Part shown: in pieces, positions 28,006-36,282 of the stretch
How positions within the stretch are numbered: the stretch's first letter is position 1
How the letters are laid out: each line of letters starts with the position of its first letter
Assembly (NCBI GenBank): GCA_963805975.1
Contig: CAWDVR010000004.1
Coordinates: 96,001 to 160,000, forward strand
Direction: 5' to 3'
Origin: an uncultured Acidobacteriota bacterium
GTDB taxonomy: Bacteria > Acidobacteriota > Thermoanaerobaculia > Multivoradales > SZUA-115
DNA: 64,000 nt
Notes under the pieces: generated by a model
Told to the model about the DNA's origin: nothing
Seen by the model: the letters and a program-made list of their open reading frames with translations, nothing else
Database searches by the model: none
Translations under genes and position numbers: made by a program

Positions 28006-29253
28006 TCAGACCACCTTCCGCCCCGCCTTCCACACCGCCCGCACAGGGTTGACGCCCAGGTGATAGGCGAGGTGGTCCAGGCTGGGGCCGTCGAGCAGCA
28101 CCAGGTCGGCCTGCTTGCCGGGCTCGATCGAGCCGATCTCGACGCCACGTCCCAGGACACAGGCCGGGTTGAGGGTCACCGCCGTCAAGGCCTCCTCGAT
28201 CGTCAGCCCGAGCTCGAAGACGCCGAGCCAGTAGACGAAGAGCAGGGACTCGGTGTGCGAGGAGCCGGGGTTGCAGTCGGTGGCGAGGGCGAGCGGCACG
28301 CCCGCCGCGAGCAACCCTCGGGCCGGCGCGTAGCGGCCGAGCCGCAGGAAGAAGGAGACGCCGGGGAGCATCACCCCGGTGACCCCGGCGCGCGCCAGGG
28401 CCTCGATGCCGGCCTCGGAGACGGCGATCAGGTGGTCGGCCGAGGCGGCGCCGAGCTCGGCCGCGAGCTCGGCCGCGCCGGAGTCCACGAACTCGTCGGC
28501 GTGGAGGCGCGGTACCAGGCCGTGCGCCCGACCGGCTTCGAGCACGCGGCGCGACTCCCCGACCGAGAACACGCCGCGCTCGCAGAACACGTCCACGAAG
28601 TGCGCCAGGCCGGCCTCGGCCACGGCAGGGGTGATCTCGTTCACCATCAGGTCGAGGTAGAGCTCGCGGTCCGCCCAGTGCTCGGGCGGCACCTCGTGCG
28701 CGGCGAGGAGGGTCGGCACCACATCCACGGCATGGCCCTGGGCACCGCGGCGGATGGCCCGGAGCTGCTTCAGCTCGTCCTCGAGCGAGAGGCCGTAGCC
28801 GCTCTTGGCCTCGGCCGTGGTGGTGCCCCAGGCGAGCATGCGGTCGAGGCGCCGGCGCACGTTCTCGGCCAGCTCTTCTTCGCTCGCACGCCGGGTGGCG
28901 GCGACGGTGGAAAGGATGCCGCCGCCCGCCGCGGCGATCTCCTGATAGCTCTTGCCCGCCAGGCGCTCCCCCAGCTCGTGTGCCCGGTCGCCCGCCCAGG
29001 GCAGGTGCGTGTGGCAATCGACGAGGCCGGGCACCAGCGTGCCGCCGCCGGCGTCGAAGCGCGCGCCGGGCGGCACCTCGCCGTAGCGGGCGAGGCGCTC
29101 GGCGCGCGCGCCGACGAAGACGATCCTGCCGTTGCGGGAGAGCACCTCGGCCCCGGCCAGGCGCGAAATCTGCCCTTGCTCCGACCCGCGGCGCGACGCG
29201 TTGCCGCGCGGGGTCGCGACCTCGCCCACGTTTTCGATCAGCAGCTCGCTCAC
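28006..29253 (-). CDS. hutI: Imidazolonepropionase
   Basis: PGLVDCHTH, GGGILSTVAATR, GTTTAEAKSGYGL, DVFCERG, LHADE, SADHL, ATDCNPGSS; GTG 29253. Confidence 0.95.
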   Translation of the reverse strand: MSELLIENVGEVATPRGNASRRGSEQGQISRLAGAEVLSRNGRIVFVGARAERLARYGEVPPGARFDAGGGTLVPGLVDCHTHLPWAGDRAHELGERLAGKSYQEIAAAGGGILSTVAATRRASEEELAENVRRRLDRMLAWGTTTAEAKSGYGLSLEDELKQLRAIRRGAQGHAVDVVPTLLAAHEVPPEHWADRELYLDLMVNEITPAVAEAGLAHFVDVFCERGVFSVGESRRVLEAGRAHGLVPRLHADEFVDSGAAELAAELGAASADHLIAVSEAGIEALARAGVTGVMLPGVSFFLRLGRYAPARGLLAAGVPLALATDCNPGSSHTESLLFVYWLGVFELGLTIEEALTAVTLNPACVLGRGVEIGSIEPGKQADLVLLDGPSLDHLAYHLGVNPVRAVWKAGRKVV

Positions 29254-29936
29254 GGCGCCGGCAATCCTACGTGGCCCGCCGAGAGCGCGGCCACCTCGCT
29301 CCGCACCCAGGCCTCGACCTCCGCCCAGTCGAGCGGGCGCGCCAGGCGCGGCATGGGCTCGCCCGCGGTGAGCGAGAGGTCGGCCAGGCCCTTGAGCGCC
29401 TGCAGCCGGAAGTCCCGCACGTGGCCGAATTTCTCCTCCGCGCGCTCCAGGAGAGAGGCGAGCGGCAGCGCGCGGCAGAGCAGGTAGAGATCGACGAAGT
29501 CCCGCCGGGTGCCGCGGCCGATGATGGCCGCGATCTTCATCAGCCCCAAGTCCACGGCCGAGGCCACGGCCAGGCCGGAGAGCTCCTCGGCGGGGTCGAC
29601 CAGCGGATAGGGGTAGTAGAAGAACCGCAGGCCGACGCCGTTCCCCGGGGCCCCCAGGCGCGCGAAGAGATAGCCGTCCCGGGCGGTCTCCACCTCGGCC
29701 GCCGGATCGACGGCCTTGAGGTCGGCCAGCAGATCGCGCCGGTCGGGCCCGGCGAGGCGGTTGGTGCCGGTCATCAGGTCGAGGTCGCGCACCGTGCGCT
29801 CCCCGGCGTAGAGCGCCAGCGCGGCCGAGCCCGCGAGGTAGAAGTCCGCGGCCCACGCTCGCCCGGCCAGGCGGCCGGCAAGCTCCTGGCTGGCGGGAGC
29901 CAGGGTCTCCGGGTGGGTGAGGCTCAGAGCGGCCAC
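29250..29936 (-). CDS. AbiEii/MenT-like nucleotidyltransferase (type IV TA toxin family)
   Basis: FYLAGSAALAL..R..RDLDL, MKIAAIIGRGTRRDFVDLY. Confidence 0.8.
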   Translation of the reverse strand: MAALSLTHPETLAPASQELAGRLAGRAWAADFYLAGSAALALYAGERTVRDLDLMTGTNRLAGPDRRDLLADLKAVDPAAEVETARDGYLFARLGAPGNGVGLRFFYYPYPLVDPAEELSGLAVASAVDLGLMKIAAIIGRGTRRDFVDLYLLCRALPLASLLERAEEKFGHVRDFRLQALKGLADLSLTAGEPMPRLARPLDWAEVEAWVRSEVAALSAGHVGLPAP

Positions 29937-30214
29937 AGATCCTCGCTGCCGGCGGTGGAAGCCGACGGCCCGCTCGCGAGCGCCACCCGCCAGAAGGCGC
30001 GGCTCCGCGCCGAGAGCTGCCGCCCGCCCCGCTCCGCGAACCAGCGCCGCACGGCCTCCTCGCCCACAGTCGCGAAGAGCCAGCGGAGGTCAGCACCGTC
30101 ACCGTCCTCGAGCAGGCGGGCGATCACGAGCTGTGGATGGGTTGCCACTTCCTCGGCCCGGTGATGGGGGAACAGGCGCAGGAGAGTCGCCGGGGCGAGG
30201 GGAGCGATGCTCAT
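29924..30214 (-). CDS. DUF6922-like small protein, probable cognate antitoxin
   Basis: VIARLLEDGD..DLRWL..LSARSRAFW pattern; overlaps the toxin start. Confidence 0.65.
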   Translation of the reverse strand: MSIAPLAPATLLRLFPHHRAEEVATHPQLVIARLLEDGDGADLRWLFATVGEEAVRRWFAERGGRQLSARSRAFWRVALASGPSASTAGSEDLWPL

Positions 30215-30939
30215 GTCCGTTCCCCGAACAACGCCGTGCCCACCCGCACGTGCGTAGCGCCTTCCTCGACCGCCACCTCGAAGTCGCCGCTCATCCCCAT
30301 CGACAGCCAGCCGCGAAAGGCCGGGAGCGCCCCGGCCGCAGCCACCTCGGCCGCGAGCCCGGCGAGCTGGCGGAACCAGGGGCGGGAAGCTTCGGGGTCG
30401 TCTCCGAACGGCGGGATGGCCATCAGGCCGACGAGGTCGAGCCGGGGGAGCGCGGCGAGCGGTGCGAGCGCCGCGGCGAGGCCCTGGGCCGGGAAGCCGT
30501 GCTTGCTCTCTTCACCGCCGAGGTTGACCTCCACGAAGCAGGCGAGCCGCCGGCCCAGGCGCCCGGCTTCCTCGTCCAGGGCCCGGGCGATCTTCGGCCG
30601 GTCGATCGAGTGCACGGCGGTGAACAGCTCCGCCGCGGCTCGTGCCTTGTTCGATTGCAAGGGGCCGATCAGGTGCCATTCGATCGACGGCGGCAGGTGC
30701 CCGACCTTGGCCGCCGCCTCCTGGACCCGGTTCTCGCCGAAGACCACCAGGCCCGCCCGGTGGGCCGCCAGCAGCTTCGCCGCCGGTTGGGTCTTGCTGG
30801 CGCCGATCAGCGTGACGCCGCTGGGGTCGCGGCCGGCGCGCTGGCAGGCCGCCGCGATGCGCTCGCGCAGCCGGTCGAGCCGCTCGGCGATCGGGTCGAG
30901 GTCAGACCGGGGCACGCTCTCCGTTGCTTCCGAGGGCAT
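30211..30939 (-). CDS. yggS: PLP homeostasis protein (YggS family)
   Basis: GASKTQ, FGENRVQEA, WHLIGPLQSNK, GLMAIPP, LSMGMSGDF, VRVGTALFG. Confidence 0.95.
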   Translation of the reverse strand: MPSEATESVPRSDLDPIAERLDRLRERIAAACQRAGRDPSGVTLIGASKTQPAAKLLAAHRAGLVVFGENRVQEAAAKVGHLPPSIEWHLIGPLQSNKARAAAELFTAVHSIDRPKIARALDEEAGRLGRRLACFVEVNLGGEESKHGFPAQGLAAALAPLAALPRLDLVGLMAIPPFGDDPEASRPWFRQLAGLAAEVAAAGALPAFRGWLSMGMSGDFEVAVEEGATHVRVGTALFGERT

Positions 30940-30950
30940 GGCCTCGAGCC

Positions 30951-31382
30951 TCAGGTCGGCATCTCGAACCACGCGGGTAGCGGGGCGCGCTCGTCGATCG
31001 CCCGGTTGGCGAGCCCGTCGGCGCGCGAGTTCTCGCCGCGCATCACGTGGCGGAGGGTGAACCGTGGCACCTCGCGCCGCAGCTTCAAGGCATGGAGGAA
31101 GAGAGGCACGAGGTGGGGTGCCTTCACCCGGTAGACGCCGTTGATCTGCTTGACCAGGAGCTCGCTGTCCGAGTGCACGGTGAGCTTTTCGAGCTTGCGG
31201 TGCCGGGCGTAGCCCAGGGCGGCGAGCAGCCCGGCGTACTCGGCGACGTTGTTGGTCGAGCGGCCGAGATAGCCCAGGAGCTCTTCTTCTCCTCCGCTCT
31301 CGCTCTCGAACAGCACTCCGAACCCGGAGCTGCCGGGGTTGCCGCGGGAAGCGCCGTCGATCCAGGCGCGCGCCGCGGTCAA
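30951..31382 (-). CDS. rnhA: Ribonuclease HI family protein
   Basis: IDGASRGNPG, TNNVAEY, SDSELLVKQ, RGENSRADGLAN; TTG 31382 coupled to the upstream stop. Confidence 0.9.
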   Translation of the reverse strand: MTAARAWIDGASRGNPGSSGFGVLFESESGGEEELLGYLGRSTNNVAEYAGLLAALGYARHRKLEKLTVHSDSELLVKQINGVYRVKAPHLVPLFLHALKLRREVPRFTLRHVMRGENSRADGLANRAIDERAPLPAWFEMPT

Positions 31383-32122
31383 GCGGCGGTCTCGGGCAGG
31401 TAGAGGATGCGCTTGCAGGCCTCGCACTGGATCAGGGCGCCGGCGGTGCGGATCTCGACCACCACCTGCGGTCGCACGCTGTAGTTGCAGGCGCCGCAGT
31501 GCCAGAAGCGGGGGCCGCGGCCGCCGCGGTTGACCTCCTGGATCGATGCCAGGCCCTCGCCGCGGTGGCGCTCGCGCACCCGGTCGAACTGCGCCACGAT
31601 GCCGCGGGGCAGAACCTCGCGCAGCGAGGCGGAGGAGATCCTCAGCTCGCCGATCCGCGCCGCGATGGCCGGCTTCTCACCTTCCCAGCGCTCGAGCTCG
31701 GCCTTGTACCGGCCGTCGAGGTCGGCGAACTCCTCGCGCACCTGCGCGAGCTCGGCCTCGGCCTGCTCGCGCCGCTCCATCGCCGCGATGCCCTGCTCCT
31801 CGGCGGTGGAGATCTGTCCTTTGGTGGTGTCGATCTCGTGCAGGAGGGCGCCGTACTCGCGCTGGGTGGAGACCTGGTTGATCTGCTGCTGGTACCGCTT
31901 GAGCTTCTCTTGCGCGTCGGCGATCGCCGCCTCGGCGTCCCGCCGATCCTGCCGCGCCGACTCGGCCACGGCTTCGAGCTCGCCGATCGCCGTCAGCCGG
32001 CCTTGGTGCTCTTCGTGCAACTCCCTCATCCAGTCCGGGATGCCTGTCAGTCGTTGTTCGGCGGCGGCGAGCTCGGTCTCGACCGCCTGGAGCTTCACGA
32101 TGTCCGTGAGGTGATTAGTCAT
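31379..32122 (-). CDS. Coiled-coil plus C4 zinc-ribbon protein (DUF164/CT398-like)
   Basis: Long coiled coil, REYGALLHEI, CGAC..CEACKRILY. Confidence 0.88.
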   Translation of the reverse strand: MTNHLTDIVKLQAVETELAAAEQRLTGIPDWMRELHEEHQGRLTAIGELEAVAESARQDRRDAEAAIADAQEKLKRYQQQINQVSTQREYGALLHEIDTTKGQISTAEEQGIAAMERREQAEAELAQVREEFADLDGRYKAELERWEGEKPAIAARIGELRISSASLREVLPRGIVAQFDRVRERHRGEGLASIQEVNRGGRGPRFWHCGACNYSVRPQVVVEIRTAGALIQCEACKRILYLPETAA

Positions 32123-32139
32123 TCAGTGCCCTCAGCAAG

Positions 32140-32212
32140 TGGGTCCACCTGGGTTCGAACCAGGGACCTGCCGGTTATGAGCCGGTTGCTCTCACCGCTG
32201 AGCTATGGACCC
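32140..32212 (-). tRNA. tRNA with CAT anticodon, most similar to tRNA-Ile2 (lysidine type); CCA not encoded
   Basis: GGGTCCATAGCTCAG..CCGGCTCATAACCGG..GGTTCGAACCC..TGGACCCA cloverleaf; Ile2 versus elongator Met is inference. Confidence 0.9.
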
Positions 32213-32304
32213 GGCAACCCCGCTGGGAAAGGGGGCATTGGAGTATACAACGCGCTCCCGGTCTTCCCCGGGATCCCCTGGCGTCACCGAGGACGGGCCC
32301 AGCT

Positions 32305-33675
32305 TCACTCGGGCTCTGCGAAGAGGCTGAAATCCCGCGCCAGGTGGCGGCCGAGCTCGGCCGCGCGGGCCGGATCGTCGAGGCGCTCGACACCGCCGGC
32401 CGTCCAGCGCTCGAGCGTAAGCCGCGGCGGGCCGCCGTCGCCCAGGAGCGGTGGTACAGCACGGAACAGGCGCTCCAGGGAATCCAGCCGCTCGCGGAAG
32501 GCGTGGCGCGCGGCGCCATCCCGGCCGCCGCCGATCGCGGCCAGCCGCAAGTCGAAATAATCCTCCCCGGCCGCGGCGAAGCGCGCCACCCAGCGCAGTT
32601 GCTCCCCACCCTCGAGCCAAGAGATCTCGTTCTGGGCGCCGGCGAGGTAGAGCTCCGAGAGCACGCCTTCCGGCCCCTTCCGGAAGAGGCTCGTCGCCGT
32701 TCCCGGCGGCGCCGTGCCGCCGGCCGCCTCGACCAGGGTGGCCCACACTCGGGAGAGGGCGACACGCTCGCCGCGGAGCCCGGCGAGGGTGCGGGGGAAG
32801 GCGCGCGGCAGAGAGACCAGGAGCGGCACCTCGATCAAGGCGCGGCCGAGATTGCCGCCCTGGCCGATCTGGCCATGCTCGCCGAGCTCCTGGCCGAAGA
32901 GCGAGGTCACCACCAGCAGAGTCCGGGCGCGCTGGCCGCTGGCGTCGAGCCCGGCCAGCAGGCGGCCGATCATGGCGTCCGCCGCCGCGGCATTGTACCG
33001 GTAGAGGGCCCAGAGCTGCTCTCGGCGCTCGGCGGGCAGCTCGACGGAGGGATCGAAGTAGGCCTCGAGCGCCGTGCCCCCGGCGCGCCGGGGCAGGTCC
33101 GGGGAGAAGGGCAGCCAGGGCGCCAGGGCCTCGCGCCGCACGTAGGGCGCCGAGGGCAGCTCGAGGTGGATCCAGACCAGCTCGCGGCCGCCGCGCAGCG
33201 CCTTGAGATCGGCGGCGGCCCGGCCGCCGCGGCGCAGCGCCAGCACGTTCTCGAAGCCTTGGCCGTAGCCGTAGGTCGGCGACAGATCGGGGCAGTCGTG
33301 GTAGGCGCGGGAGCGATAGCCGAGCCCGGCCAGGGCCTCGGCAAAGGTGACCCGGTCCGGCGCCAGGATCTTCTCGAGGTTGGTGATCGCCCGGTGCTGC
33401 CAGGGCCTGAGGCCGGTCAGGAAGCTCGCGGCGGCCGGTGTCAACCAGCTCGAGGGAGCGATGGCCGTGCCGGCGAAACCGGCCTCGGCGGCCAGGCGGT
33501 CGAGGTGGGGGGTGGCGCTCGGACGGGCGCCGAACGCCCCCATGACATCGGGGCGCAGGCCCTCGACGGTGATCAGGACGATCGGGCCGTCGTGCAGCGG
33601 CGGCTTGCCCGCTTCGCCCTGGCCGCAGGCGGCGGCAAGTCCCACCAGGGCAAGGATCGGCAGCCGGGCGACCAC
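32305..33675 (-). CDS. Sulfatase/alkaline phosphatase superfamily lipoprotein with degenerate active-site motifs
   Basis: Lipobox AAAC; IVLITVEGLRPD, SSWLTPAAASFLTG, GQELGEHG, EVPLLV. Confidence 0.75.
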   Translation of the reverse strand: MVARLPILALVGLAAACGQGEAGKPPLHDGPIVLITVEGLRPDVMGAFGARPSATPHLDRLAAEAGFAGTAIAPSSWLTPAAASFLTGLRPWQHRAITNLEKILAPDRVTFAEALAGLGYRSRAYHDCPDLSPTYGYGQGFENVLALRRGGRAAADLKALRGGRELVWIHLELPSAPYVRREALAPWLPFSPDLPRRAGGTALEAYFDPSVELPAERREQLWALYRYNAAAADAMIGRLLAGLDASGQRARTLLVVTSLFGQELGEHGQIGQGGNLGRALIEVPLLVSLPRAFPRTLAGLRGERVALSRVWATLVEAAGGTAPPGTATSLFRKGPEGVLSELYLAGAQNEISWLEGGEQLRWVARFAAAGEDYFDLRLAAIGGGRDGAARHAFRERLDSLERLFRAVPPLLGDGGPPRLTLERWTAGGVERLDDPARAAELGRHLARDFSLFAEPE

Positions 33676-33679
33676 GCCC

Positions 33680-35668
33680 CTACATGCCGAGGGCGTCAGG
33701 GTCCCCGTCCGCCAGCCGGCGGATCAGCTCTTCGGTGAAGTAGTCGCTGCCGGCGCGCACTTCCGGTGCGATGCGCTCGTCATACATCTTGCGCGAGCGG
33801 TCGATCTCGTCCCGGAGCCGGAAGTAGATGTCCCGGTTGCGGCGACCCTCCTCGACCTGCTCTTCGTTGTAGAGCCGGATCTCGGAGACCAGCAGGCGTG
33901 CCAGCCGCCGCGCCTCCTCCTGAGCGGCGCCGTCGCCGCCCCCGCCCGCCACCGGGCGCGGCCCGGCAGAGAACGCCAGGCCCGGTCCTTCGAAGCCCGA
34001 CGGGGGGCGGACCTCGGCGCTCCCGGCAGCGGCCGAGGTGCCACCGCCTCCGGGCCCGGCCACGCTCGCGGGCGGGGCGCCGGTCGGCTGGGTCGGCAGG
34101 CGGGTGGTGAGGAACGGGGCGCGGCCGGGGTGGGTCGCCTCCTCCTCGGGCTCGTCGTCCGGAACCGGCCGCTGCGGAGCCGAGGCCGGTGCCGATGGCG
34201 TGGAGAAAGCCACCGTCGCCGACGAGCGCGACAGCAGGAGGGTCTCGTCGTCGGCCAGGTCCAGGCTCCGCTCTTCGAGCACTGCCGTGGCGGGCTCCAG
34301 GCCCACCGGCGGCAGCTCGTCGAAGACCGGCTCCTCGGCCAACGGTTCCGCCTCCGGGAAGGCGATCTGGTCGATGTCCGGAAGATCGATCTCCTCTTCT
34401 TCGAGCTCGAGCCTGGGCTCGATCTCGGGCTCGACCGCGAACGGCGGGGCCGGCTCTCCGGCGGAGAAGGCGGGAAGAGTGGCGGTCGAGGCAGCCGAGG
34501 AAAAGGCGGCTACCGGCGGCTCGTCCTCGAGCGACAGGGGCGGGAAGAGCTCCGCCGCGGTGTCCTCCCAGGAGGCGATGGCGAGGGGCTCGGGAGCCGC
34601 CCCGGGAATCCCCCCGGGAACTCCCTCGGGAGCCGGCCAGCTCACCGCTTCGGGAGCGGAGAGCGCCGCCGTCTCGTCCATCTCGACCGGTTCCGTCACC
34701 CCGGGCTCGGCGGCCTCCTCGATCACCGCCGCCGTCTCCGACATCCACCAGGCCGGTACCTCCGCCACGGGCTCGGTCTCGGGGGCGCCAGGCTCTTCGA
34801 CCGGTGCTTCGGCTTCCTGTGCGGCAGGGGCAGGAGGTTCGTCCGGGACCGGCGCCTCGGTCGGGGCGGGCGCCTCGTCCTGGACCGGCGCTTCGGATGG
34901 AGCTGGCACCGCCCACAACGGCAGGCCGGCCGCGGAGCCGGTGACGGCGCCGGGACCTTGAAACGTGGGGCTCGCACCCCGGCTGCGCAGGGGCAGGAGC
35001 TCGATCGCCTGCGCGGCGCTGTGCACCAGGGCCTGGAGCGCCGCGACCTCGAGCACACCGTCACCGGACTGGTCGGCGTAGAGCGCGGCGGCGACGCGAT
35101 CGGCCAGCACCAGCGGGACGAGGACCGCCTCGCGCGCCACCGGGCTCTCCAGCCGGCTCGCCAGCTCCGCACAGTCGGCCGTCGAGAGCGCCACCGTGGA
35201 GCGGCCCTGGGCGAGCGCGCCCCAGGCCGTGCCCTCGGCGTAGGAGATCTCGAGCCCCGGCAGGGCGGCCCCGGCGTCGGCGAAGCCCTCGCCTCGCCAG
35301 CCGCGCGCCGCCTCGGTCGGGGTCAGGAACAGCGCCGCCCGCGAGGCGTGGGCGCGCGAGTGCACGAGCAGGGCGGCGAGGATCTCGGCCTGGGATCCGG
35401 CCTGGTCCAGGGCGGCCACGGCCGCTGCGTGCTCGGAGAGCGTCCGGCTGCGGGCGGCGGCGGCGGCCTCGGCGGCGATCGGCTCGAGATCGTGGTCCCC
35501 GACGAACGATGCCGGCAGCACGGCATCCAGCCCGTCGATGCGCTCGCGGAGCGCCTCCGTGCTCTGGCGCAGGCGCTCGTTGAGCTCCGTGCGCAGGCCG
35601 GCGAGCTTGCTCTTGAGCGCCGCCGCAATCTGTTCGTCGAGCTGCTGAACCCTGTCGGCCAGTGGCAT
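33680..35668 (-). CDS. Hypothetical protein: coiled coil + GAF-like domain + long Pro/Glu-rich linker + conserved-looking C-terminal helical domain
   Basis: VLVPLVLADRVAAALYAD (GAF-like); EARRLARLLVSEIRLYN tail; ATG 35668. Confidence 0.75.
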   Translation of the reverse strand: MPLADRVQQLDEQIAAALKSKLAGLRTELNERLRQSTEALRERIDGLDAVLPASFVGDHDLEPIAAEAAAAARSRTLSEHAAAVAALDQAGSQAEILAALLVHSRAHASRAALFLTPTEAARGWRGEGFADAGAALPGLEISYAEGTAWGALAQGRSTVALSTADCAELASRLESPVAREAVLVPLVLADRVAAALYADQSGDGVLEVAALQALVHSAAQAIELLPLRSRGASPTFQGPGAVTGSAAGLPLWAVPAPSEAPVQDEAPAPTEAPVPDEPPAPAAQEAEAPVEEPGAPETEPVAEVPAWWMSETAAVIEEAAEPGVTEPVEMDETAALSAPEAVSWPAPEGVPGGIPGAAPEPLAIASWEDTAAELFPPLSLEDEPPVAAFSSAASTATLPAFSAGEPAPPFAVEPEIEPRLELEEEEIDLPDIDQIAFPEAEPLAEEPVFDELPPVGLEPATAVLEERSLDLADDETLLLSRSSATVAFSTPSAPASAPQRPVPDDEPEEEATHPGRAPFLTTRLPTQPTGAPPASVAGPGGGGTSAAAGSAEVRPPSGFEGPGLAFSAGPRPVAGGGGDGAAQEEARRLARLLVSEIRLYNEEQVEEGRRNRDIYFRLRDEIDRSRKMYDERIAPEVRAGSDYFTEELIRRLADGDPDALGM

Positions 35669-35932
35669 GCGCTTGGAACCTCCGCCCGGGTGGGACGTTT
35701 CGATCCTGAAAAGAGCATCTATTATTTTCAACGCTCGCTGCGGTGTCAAGCCGGCCGAAGGGGCCGAAACCATTGTAGCAAGGGAGTTTAGGTCTTACCG
35801 AGCCGCTGCGTGAGGAGGCGTCTTCCGGGCGGCGCGGCTTGACAGGACCAGGCGTCCTCGCCGAAACTCGGCGGATCCTTCTTCGCCCCAACGGGGAAGG
35901 GGTATCTTTGGGTAAAGCGAGGTGATTGCCCC

Positions 35933-36142
35933 GTGCCGGTTGTCCATGTGCGTGAGGACGAGAGCTTTGAGAATGCCCTGCGCCGCTTCAAGCGCAAGGT
36001 AGAGAAGGCAGGCATCCTGACCGAGCTCAGGAAGCGCCAGCATTTCGAGAAGCCCTCCGTCAAGCGCAAGCGCAAGGCCGTGCAGGCCAAGAAGAAGGCT
36101 GCGCGCAAGGTCCAGGAAGAGAAGAGGGCTGGCTTGAGCTAG
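35933..36142 (+). CDS. rpsU: 30S ribosomal protein S21
   Basis: [24 protein letters not shown]; GAGGTG SD. Confidence 0.97.
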   Translation: MPVVHVREDESFENALRRFKRKVEKAGILTELRKRQHFEKPSVKRKRKAVQAKKKAARKVQEEKRAGLS

Positions 36143-36150
36143 ACCTCTCG

Positions 36151-36169
36151 CGGCGCGCTTCGCGCGCCG
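36151..36169 (+). other. GC hairpin after rpsU (possible attenuator or stabiliser)
   Basis: CGGCGCGC-TTC-GCGCGCCG; no U tract. Confidence 0.35.
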
Positions 36170-36282
36170 GAAGGGTTGCCGCTCGCCGGCGCCCCAGCAC
36201 GATCAGGATGCAGCACCGAGAGCGGGGTACGGACCCCGCTCTCGCCGTCTCCGGCCGACCGATCTCCCGTCCCGCCGCGCTC

